From positions 1 to 12,985 of the forward strand of contig NW_021826395.1 in NCBI RefSeq assembly GCF_006345805.1: 12,985 bases of DNA, read 5' to 3'. The position numbers and the translations under genes are program-made. This stretch comes from Octopus sinensis. Its lineage: Eukaryota. Shown one piece after another: positions 1 through 8,852 of this stretch (position 1 is the first letter of the stretch; each line of letters begins with the position of its first letter). A model generated the notes under the pieces. That model ran no database searches. It was not told where the DNA came from and saw nothing but the letters and a program-made list of their open reading frames with translations.

Positions 1-25
1 ATTATATATATATATATACATCTAT

Positions 26-245
26 CTCTTTTTACTCTTTTACTCTTTAACTTGTTTCAGTCATTTGACTGCGGCCATGCTGGAGCACCGCCTTTAGTCG
101 AGCAAATCGACCCCGGGACTTATTCTTTGTAAGCCTAGTACTTATTCTATCGGTCTCTTTTGCCGAACCGCTAAGTGACGGGGACGTAAACATACCAGCA
201 TCGGTTTGTCAAGTAATGCTAGGTGGACAAAAACAGACACACAAA

Positions 246-280
<35 letters not shown>

Positions 281-431
281 CACATATATACGACAGGCTT
301 CTTTGAGTTTCCGTCTACCAAATCCACTCACAAGGCATTGGTCAGCCCGGGGCTATAGCAGAAAACACTTGCCCAAGATGCCACGCAGTGGGACTGAACC
401 CGGAACCATGTGGTTGGTTAGCAAGCTACTT
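26..431 (-). mobile_element. tRNA-derived SINE, family A, copy 1 (5' ~20 nt of the head missing)
   Basis: Its reverse complement aligns with 1268-1654; I counted 12 mismatches over the 145-nt head/body segment (287-431 vs 1268-1412). B box GGTTCAGTCCC is at 390-400 on the minus strand. There is an internal CA/TA microsatellite at ~235-290 and an (AAGAGTA)-like tail at 26-48. The A-box region is replaced by (TA)n after 431. Confidence 0.92.
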
Positions 432-654
432 ATATATATATATATTTATTTATTTACTCACGGTCACACATGCATTGTGGATATAGTTTGTCGAAGTGCC
501 CATTTCCTACGGGACATCGTCCGGGGAAAGCTCCCTACACGATGCCCACGCTATCCCCTTGCAAATGGGTGCTTAAACAAAACACACACAAAGTGCATGT
601 GCGACTGATAAAGTTTACACTTACTAAACGTACTCTTAATTCGTAATTCAGTAG

Positions 655-693
<39 letters not shown>

Positions 694-694
694 A

Positions 695-745
<51 letters not shown>

Positions 746-787
746 ATATGTGCTATGTATATAATATGCACATACGCATACACACAA
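655..787. repeat. Compound (CA)n-(TA)n microsatellite
   Basis: (AC)n at 655-682, imperfect (TA)n to ~750, then a mixed CA/TA tail. Confidence 0.95.
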
Positions 788-1248
788 ATGAGCAGAAAGT
801 CAAGGAGAGACAAGAACCGAAGTAGGAGAAGCGCGATATGGTGATAATAATGTTGATTCTCAATCCATCGGTACAGGTGCGATCAAATTTCTGTCATACC
901 TTTGTGTGAATGTAATTGCATTGACTGTAATTCTAAGATTTCGTTAGACGCAAATAAACATGTGATTCTGTACTTTAAGCCTTGTGTAGTATCTTTGCTT
1001 TTTCAGTGACTTCAAAAAGACAGTGCACTGTTATTGTAAATACATTAGCTATGTTTTCGTTTTCTTTGTTGTTGTGGAGTGGTTCAGGATGTGAGGTTTC
1101 TAACTAAAATTAAAATATACTGCCTCGAAGAAATATTCTATTGTGGTTCTCTTCCTGATGTCCTATGGAGTGTCGATAAAATGAGAAAACAATGTGGCCC
1201 TTTCGCGTTTTGTGTAGGTTTCAAAGAAATTATACCTTGATATTCTCC

Positions 1249-1654
1249 GCAGGAGTGGCTATGTGGTAAGTAGCTTGCTTACCAACCACATGGTTCCGGG
1301 TTCAGTCCCACTGCGTGGCACCTTGGGTTAGTGTCTTCTACTATAGCCTCGGGCCAACCAAAGCCTTGTGAGTGGATTTGGTAGACGGAAACTGAAAGAA
1401 GCCCGTCGTATATACGTATATATATGTATGTGTGTATATGCTTGTGTGTCTGTGTTTGTCCCCCCCCCCCAGCATCGCTTGACAACCGATGATGGTGTGT
1501 TTACGTCCCCGTAATTTAGCGGTTCGGCAAAAAGGACCGATAGAATAAGTACTAGGTTTGCCAAGGATAAGTCCTGGGGTCGATTTGCTCGACTAAAAGC
1601 GGTGCTCCAGCATGGCCACAGTCAAATGACTAAAACGAGGTATAGAGTAAAAGA
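1249..1654 (+). mobile_element. tRNA-derived SINE, family A, copy 2 (most intact copy)
   Basis: Begins GCAGGAGTGGCTATGTGGTAAG with A box TGGCTATGTGG (1256-1266) and B box GGTTCAGTCCC (1299-1309). It has an internal TA/TG microsatellite (~1410-1455), a 3' body homologous to 26-230 and 2956-3145, and an AGAGTAAAAGA tail. No clear target-site duplication. Confidence 0.93.
1256..1309 (+). promoter_or_regulatory. RNA polymerase III type 2 internal promoter (A box 1256-1266, B box 1299-1309) of SINE A copy 2
   Basis: The A box matches TRGCNNARYGG at 10/11 positions. The B box GGTTCAGTCCC resembles GGTTCGANTCC. Spacing is tRNA-like. The first run of four or more T downstream is at 1667-1670. Confidence 0.75.
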
Positions 1655-1790
1655 CTTAAATGCGGATTTTGTTAACCCGACAAAAGACGGGGTGTTTTTT
1701 TATAGTTCCCACATATAACGGCCTGATAAAGTTACAAGGGACACACCTCACTGTTACAGCAACCTAGTTTTGCTTATTTTGGTTTGTCTT

Positions 1791-2300
1791 ATTTTGAAAT
1801 ACCGTGTAGAAATGCAACACAATCGAAACTGTTATGAAATATATACTGCTTGAAATATATACGGCGATTAAACCAGAAGATCTTCATTTTCACTTTTTAT
1901 ATCGTGACATATTTTGAAATACCATGTAGTAACGCAACGCAATCAAAAGTGTTATGAAGTATATACTGGCTTTCATTTTGTTCCTATTGCAATCCTTTTG
2001 AATAAAGAAACGAATTATTTTGACACACTGGCTCTCGTTGTACGGCGGATTAACCCAGAAAGGTCTTCAATTTCACTTTTTATATCCTGTCGTATTTTGA
2101 AATACCGTGTAGTAACGCAACACGATCGAAAGAGTTATGAAATAAATACTGCTCTTTATTTTGTTCCTAATGCATACTTTTTTTATTTATTACAGAAGCG
2201 AATTCTTTCGACACACTTGCTCTTGTTCTGTGGCGGATTAAACCAAAGTTCTTTAATTTCACTTTTTATATCCTTTCATACATCTCGTATTTTTGGAGAT
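1791..2300. repeat. Degenerate tandem repeat, ~183-bp unit, about 3 copies
   Basis: The anchor ATTTTGAAATACC recurs at 1791, 1911 and 2094, with a degenerate form at ~2289. TTTCACTTTTTATATC, GGCG(G)ATTAA and GTTATGAA recur in register. Unit lengths are 120 (internal deletion), 183 and ~195 bp. Confidence 0.9.
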
Positions 2301-2428
2301 GCTTTGCGAAGAACCGGACTATTTTTTATTCTAAGAAGACATGTTTTCCCCTTTCCATGAGCGACTATTTATACTTTTAGTTATTACTAAAATAAAAGAC
2401 ATGTCTGTCGGATCCATCTATGCAGAAT

Positions 2429-2502
2429 CTTTATAAGCTGAAGAGCCTGCTTCTTGAGTCAATGTGGAACTAGTCGTTCTAGAAACACGTGTATCATTAA
2501 AG
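2429..2502 (+). ncRNA. Second hammerhead-like motif (intact core, non-canonical stem II)
   Basis: CTGAAGA is at 2438-2444 and GAAAC-ACGT-GTA at 2482-2493, with a palindromic stem III (ACACGTGT). There is a partial stem I (CTTTA 2429-2433 / TAAAG 2498-2502). The 37-nt stem II region does not close canonically. Confidence 0.25.
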
Positions 2503-2559
2503 TAAAGACACAAATCTGTACATTTACATTAAACATAAAATATTCCGGACAGATTTCCA

Positions 2560-2705
2560 CGAATTTCCGTTCATTGAATTACAATTACAGAGCTTCGGTT
2601 GACTCTATGACCGTGGCAAAAGGCACCTGCCGACGATGACGCGTAGTAGGGTTCAAGCCGAAACCACGTGAAAGTTGAGCGTACTCAGACATTCAGCCAT
2701 ACCGC
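2560..2705 (-). mobile_element. Old, degraded family-A-like SINE head relic
   Basis: AAGGCACCTGCCGACGATGACGCGTAGTAGGGTTCAAGCCGAAACCACGTG (2620-2670) aligns without gaps to the family A head of copy 1, AAAACACTTGCCCAAGATGCCACGCAGTGGGACTGAACCCGGAACCATGTG (362-412). It continues to CAGCCAT (2694-2700), compared with CAGCCATTCCTGCG in copy 3. Upstream TTTCCGT also matches. The left boundary is uncertain. Confidence 0.65.
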
Positions 2706-2772
2706 ATCTCTGTAATTGCTATTAGGTATTTGTGTAATATTTAATGGTTGTTTTGAATCGGGGGCTGTATGG

Positions 2773-2925
2773 ACACACGCACACACACACACACGCACAA
2801 ACACAGGAACACACACTCACGCACACATACACTCAGATACACAGACACACAAACAAACGCACACATATACATACATGCATGTAGTTTGTACGTGTGTGCA
2901 TGTTCGTGTGTGTGTGCGTGTGCAT
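2773..2925. repeat. Degenerate (CA)n followed by (GT)n microsatellite
   Basis: CA/CACG-rich at 2773-2875 and GT-rich at 2885-2925. Confidence 0.9.
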
Positions 2926-2955
2926 ACAATCACCGATTCCAACCAACCATATATA

Positions 2956-3240
2956 TTCTTTTTATTCTTTTACTTGTTTCAGTCATTTGACTGCGGCCAT
3001 GCTGGAGCACCACCTTTAGTCGAACAAATCAACCCAAGGACTTATTCTTTGTAAGCCTAGTACTTATTCTATCGGTCTCTTTCGCCGATCCGCTTGATTA
3101 TGGGACGAATACAAACCAACATCAGTTGTCAAGCAATGGTGGGTCAAACACAGTCATACAAACACACACACATGTACATATGTACATACATACATACATC
3201 ACATACATACTACAACATGCATACATATATATACATACAT

Positions 3241-3333
<93 letters not shown>

Positions 3334-3530
3334 ATATATACACATATATATATATATATATATATATACGATAGGCTTGTTCCAGTTTTTGTTTTACAAA
3401 TCCACTCAAAAGGTTTCGGTCGACCCGAAGCTTTCGTAGAAGACACTTGCCCAAGTAGCCACGCAGTGTCACTGAACCAGAAATCATACGGTTGGAAAGC
3501 AAGCGTCTTAACACACAGCCATTCCTGCGC
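2956..3530 (-). mobile_element. tRNA-derived SINE, family A, copy 3 (more diverged, internal TA tract expanded)
   Basis: The 3' body (2956-3145) matches copy 1 (CTTGTTTCAGTCATTTGACTGCGGCCATGCTGGAGCACC...). The head (3369-3530) reads GCGCAGGAATGGCTGTGTGTTAAG on the minus strand with degenerate A and B boxes. The internal microsatellite spans ~3150-3369. Confidence 0.9.
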
Positions 3531-3594
3531 TTGCACACGGCCAAATATTTGTTGCGTCTAGCGAAAGACATTACGCCAATATAACAAAAAGTAT

Positions 3595-3705
3595 ATAGAT
3601 TTACATATATATATATATACATAGACAAACATGTATATATAGATACAGAGATAAATAGATAAATAGAGAGAGAGAGAGTGAGACAGAGACAGACGAACAG
3701 ACAAA
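3595..3705. repeat. Mixed TA / GATA / GA simple repeat
   Basis: Directly visible alternating TA, ATAG, GA and GACA units. Confidence 0.85.
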
Positions 3706-4215
3706 GAAAATGGGTGACAGATTTATGTGTAATGCTTGGTTGTAAGTTTTCATGTAGAGTTCGCGGAAATCTGAAGTTACATTCACTGTAGTGGCCAGGA
3801 AGTTTGCTTATAACCATTTTAGCTTCAGCGGTTATTTAAAGATCCACCACTTCGAAGCGGTCCACGTAGTGTATATCTTTCCCTAAGCGTGTCAGCTGTA
3901 CGTCATTGATAGCAATTAGAGGATATTATTTTGTCGACTTTAAACTATTCCATCCTAATATCGCTGTATAACACTTTCAGATCGTTCAGAAGTAATACGT
4001 ATGTTATATGGGCGTTTAAAACAGCATAAAATTCTTGTGAAATCTTAGCTGTCTTGTTCTTGCCTTAAAACTGAATACAATTATTAGAGTTGAAAATGAA
4101 AGCAGCAATTATGCAAATGTGACAAGATTATTTAGGCTTGTTTTGTCCAATGTTTATTGCAGGTATATGTAGATCTAGAAATAGATGTAGAAGTAGATGA
4201 AATCAGACAAAGGGT

Positions 4216-4375
4216 TATGTGTGTGTGTGCGCGCGCGCGCGTGCGTGTATGTGTGTATACATATATACGCATATATTTACATATGTATATATGTATACAT
4301 GTATACATATATGTTTGTGTATGTATTATACACACGTTTTATATATATACACACATATACATATATATATGCATA

Positions 4376-4414
<39 letters not shown>

Positions 4415-4612
4415 TAATAGACATATATATATATACATGTATATGTATGTATGTATAATGTATATGCATACGTATAGGTGTATCATATATATATATGGTA
4501 TAATGTATATATATATTCTTGTATGTGTATACATACATTATATATTATATATATTATATAGATATATATATATATATGTATGTATGTATGTATAATGTGT
4601 ATGTATGTATGT
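4216..4612. repeat. Compound (GT)n(GC)n(TA)n(TATG)n microsatellite field
   Basis: GT and GC dinucleotide runs at 4219-4256, then ~350 bp of imperfect TA and TATG. Confidence 0.95.
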
Positions 4613-4722
4613 ATTCCTGAAATGGGTCTTTTGAGGAAAGTGAGAAACTATTTACCCTAAATTGTGGATTCTTCGGGAAATTATATTCCATATCATATTT
4701 CCTATTTTCTTTTACATCTCCA

Positions 4723-4739
4723 TTCTTCTTCTTCTTCTT

Positions 4740-4770
<31 letters not shown>

Positions 4771-4775
4771 TAATA

Positions 4776-4825
<50 letters not shown>

Positions 4826-5730
4826 ACTTCTTTTTCACCTTCTCCTTTCTCACCTTTTCCTCCTCTCCCTCCTCTTCATCTTCTTCCTTTTCACCATCTT
4901 CTTTCTCTTCTTCCTTTCCTTCTCTCTTCTTCTTCTTCTTTCTTCTTTCTTTCTTCTTCTTTCTTCTCTACTACTACTACTACTCTTCTTTCTTTTCACC
5001 TTCTTCTTCACTTTCATTTACATCTTTTTCTTCATCTTCATCTTTATTTCTTCATCTCCTTCCGCTTCTTCTCCTTCTTTTTCACCTTCCTCTTCTTGAT
5101 CTTCTTTTCACCATCTTTAGTTTCATTTTCAATTTCTTCTTCTTCTCTTCTTCTTCATTTTCATTTTTATTTTGTGCTTCTTCTTTGCCACTTTCTTCAT
5201 CTTCTTCTTCTTCGTAGTTATTATCGTCTTCTCCTTCTCCCTCGTCCATATACAGCCATCATCACTACCACCTCCCTTCCGGCCCAACCACCACTATCAA
5301 CAAGATCATCATAATCAAATCCTCATCCTGATCATCTTCATCACCACCATAATCATTATCATCATCAATGTCATAGCTGTCGTAGACATCATCATCATCA
5401 ACGTCGTCGTCGTCGTCGTCATCATCAAAATTATCATTATCATCATCGTTATCACCACCATCATCTTCATCATCATCAAATTCATAATCTTCATCTTCAT
5501 CATCATTGTCGTCGGGTTCATCGTCGTCTTCACCATTATCATCACAATTATCATCATCGTTATCACCATGAACGTCATCATCATTGTCGCCATCATCGAC
5601 CTTCCTCATCATCCTCTTCACCATCATCATCATCATCATCAACATCATCATTATCAGCATCATCATCATCATCACCACCACCACCACCATCACCACCTCT
5701 GCTGCTGCTGCTGCAACTGCAGCTGCCGCC
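4723..5730. repeat. 1-kb compound trinucleotide field: (TTC)n, (TTA)n, degenerate CT-rich, degenerate (ATC)n/(GTC)n, (CAC)n, (GCT)n
   Basis: Perfect TTC at ~4723-4767 and TTA at ~4777-4823. Decayed TTC/CTT runs to ~5280, decayed ATC to ~5670, CAC at ~5671-5697 and GCT at ~5700-5727. Confidence 0.95.
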
Positions 5731-6094
5731 GTTGTTTGCATTTACATTTATAGTTGTTTTCAAAGGGTTTAACTGTTGAATTCGTTCATTTTTTTCCCTT
5801 CCATATTCTACACAATAAACATAGAAACAAAAAAAAAAGGACAAAAAAAATACCAAACAGAAAAATATAATAATAGGGGAAAATATAAAAGGGCTTTTAT
5901 TCAGCATTTTATTTATTTTTGCTTTGAGATCCCTCCTATCGTTTTATGATTCCGATAATAATCTTTTATTTTGGATACTTTGTGTTTGGATATTATTTCT
6001 GAAATTATACGCTTTACACAAACAGAACTATATCAATATTTATAACTCCGATCACTATCGTGGTGTACGTAAACATATAAACAAACATGGTGCT

Positions 6095-6300
6095 CTCTGT
6101 CTCTGTCTGTCTCCTCTCTCACTCTCTCTCTCTCTCCCTCTCTCACACGCACACATATTCTCACACACACTCACACAAACTCTCTCTCTCTCTCTCTCCC
6201 GCTTTCTGTCTTGTATACATAGATAGACAGATAGATAGATGGAGAGAGAGAGAGAGACAGGCACACAAACAGACAGATATATAGATTAATAGATAGAGGG

Positions 6301-6376
<76 letters not shown>

Positions 6377-6531
6377 ATAGATAGATCCATAGATAGATAA
6401 ATACATAGATACATACATACATACATAATACAAACATACATACTTGGACAGACAGAGAGTCAGACATATAGACAGACAGACAGATAGATAGCTAAATAGA
6501 GAGGTGGGTAGATAGATAGATAGATAGATAT

Positions 6532-6610
<79 letters not shown>

Positions 6611-6868
6611 AATAGAGGGAAGCAGACAAATAGAGAGAGACAGACAGAAAAAAACCAGACAGATAAATAGAGAGAGATAGACATATATAGACAAACAGAC
6701 AATCAGACGGACGAACAGATAGATAAATAGATAGATAGATAGAGAGAGATAAATAGATAGATAAATAGACAGACAGACAAATAGAGAGAGACAGACCAAC
6801 AAATAGTGACAGACAGACAAATAAAGAGACAGATAGACAAATATAGACAGACACACAGACGGACGAAC

Positions 6869-6927
<59 letters not shown>

Positions 6928-6932
6928 CAGAC

Positions 6933-7018
<86 letters not shown>

Positions 7019-7042
7019 TTAGATAGATAGATAGATATATAG
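6095..7042. repeat. (CT)n/(CA)n followed by a large (GATA)n/(GACA)n tetranucleotide array
   Basis: CT/CA at 6095-6200. GATA-dominated array at ~6219-7042 with a nearly pure stretch at ~6868-7038. Confidence 0.96.
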
Positions 7043-7227
7043 ATGTGTAGGTATGTTTATGATTTCGTGAACGATTTGTGTTTATAATCGATATAATGTA
7101 CCTACTAAATGAAGTAGAGTATGTATATTTTCATTCAAACTGAAGCTTCATGGATCTTAACTCTAAGGTTTTTTATCACGTTATCGATACGTGAAAGAAA
7201 TAAAGTGTTGTAACGTTACTACTTGTC

Positions 7228-7498
7228 TATGCATATATATATATCAGCATACATATATAGATACACACCACACGCATACATTTACGTATGCACTCATAAA
7301 TACATTCATACCTATGCACATATACAAACATAACCTCATATATATACAAATATATATGTCTATATATTCATACATATATATGTATAATACATATATGTAT
7401 AATATATATATATATGTATATGTTTATATATATACATATATATTTACATATATGTATATTATATATACATATATATACATATATATATATATATATAG

Positions 7499-7533
<35 letters not shown>

Positions 7534-7638
7534 ATATATGTATATATTGTGTATATATACATACAATATATGTATTGGTGTGTATATGCGTATATACATT
7601 ATATATATATATATATATAATATATATATATATAATAT

Positions 7639-7672
<34 letters not shown>
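7228..7672. repeat. Long imperfect (TA)n field
   Basis: About 440 bp of TA with CA and TG interruptions. Confidence 0.95.
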
Positions 7673-8746
7673 AATGGGAGAATACTCATAAAGTCATTCA
7701 CTCGTCGAAGTATTTTTGCCGAAATCCTTTAGTAATCCTTTAGTAAATTCGTCACGCATTGATCTATTGAAATTGCCAAACTCACAACATGTAATACATT
7801 TATCTATTCATCTATTCTTCAACAGAAATACGTCATATCCTTATGTCTTTTTAACCATTTCCCTATGGGCCAATATATACAATATGATGTTTAATATAAA
7901 TAGCGTTACGTTGAACTACAATTGCAGTGTAAACTTCTCTACATCTCTAGCAAATATATGGTATAAAAAAAAATACTTTTTTGAGTACAAAAAAAAAGCT
8001 TTTCCCCCTTATGTATTTCTAACAACTCTAACATCTGTTCTAATACAATTATGTTTCTTTCTGAGCACTAGTGTATAGAGCTAAGGTTCTCTGAGAAATA
8101 ACAAAGAAATAAGGGTTTACTGGAGATCCCTTTGAAAACGGTTATGGCAAAATATGTATGCATACAAACACACAGAAGCATGCTTCACTGCAGCACACTT
8201 CGAACATATCTGGAGTTTAACGGATAATACTATTATGGTTTATAAGATCCGGATCCATCGAAGAATTTGTGACCCATGTATTAATTCTTGAATAAGATTT
8301 GATCTTTCCGTATCTTATTTTAGCTTTTTGCCATTTTGAACAAACATCAGAATTATATAATTTTGGCAGATGCTTCTTTATTTAGGTATTTCCAACAACT
8401 GGTTATATAAAACAGTTCTTTTTATTTTCTTTTTTCTTCTTTTTCATACATAATCAGTTTACTATTTGGTGAAAGATGGTCATAAAATGAAAAAGAATAT
8501 TTAATTATTCATCGATACAAAAACTTCAGTCATAATATGCACAGTTCTCACTTAGAGGTGTGATTGACCTATGAAAGTGAAGACAAGAAAATATCAAATG
8601 CTTTTTCCCGAGAAAGATAAATGCATCATGTGTTTAGTGTATGATAAGTGAACGGATGAAAGTGAGATGCATTTTTTAACGGTTTTCAAACAACCTATTA
8701 AATCTCCATAGGTAATCAGATTTTGATAAGGTTACGATTACTTACG

Positions 8747-8852
8747 CAACACACACACAGACACACACGCACGCACAAACACACACATATAAAAACACAC
8801 ACGCAACACACATATAATCAGCCACATACGTATATATATATATATATATATA
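8747..8852. repeat. (CA)n/(TA)n microsatellite
   Basis: Directly visible. Confidence 0.9.

Noticed and set aside
494-580. HDV-like ribozyme, H/ACA snoRNA or telomerase-core interpretation of the structured island
   Set aside because: No adequate P1 partner or canonical P3/L3 for HDV. The AAACAA box is too far from the internal loop for H/ACA. There is no telomeric template. It is kept only as an unclassified structure.
216-608. Similar peptides in ORFs 216-608, 1328-1564 and 3094-3561 (FRLPNPLTR..., SFAEPL...)
   Set aside because: The similarity comes from the shared SINE sequence, not from a gene family. Frames differ between copies.
1249-1320. Possible tRNA gene (also 12091-12180)
   Set aside because: A and B boxes are present, but I could not build a complete cloverleaf. 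Each continues into a SINE body, so they are tRNA-derived heads.
3122-3817. Long ORFs rich in YI/IY, HT, CV or LSIY (also 4157-4595, 6161-6856, 7191-7701, 4662-5314, 11890-12652)
   Set aside because: These are direct translations of TA, CA, GATA, TTC and ATC repeats that lack stop codons in some frames.
5265-5741. Asp-rich 158-aa ORF on the minus strand resembling an acidic biomineralisation protein
   Set aside because: The non-Asp residues (G, N, E, V, Y, H) are mostly single-base neighbours of GAT/GAC, as expected for a decaying (GAT)n repeat. Other frames are equally open, and there is no signal peptide or splice evidence.
8115-8716. Possible degenerate terminal inverted repeats (TTTGAAAACGGTTA 8131-8144 / TAACGGTTTTCAAA 8677-8690, plus ATCTCCA)
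   Set aside because: A 13/14 match in AT-rich DNA is expected by chance at this window size. The extension needs a gap and there is no TSD.
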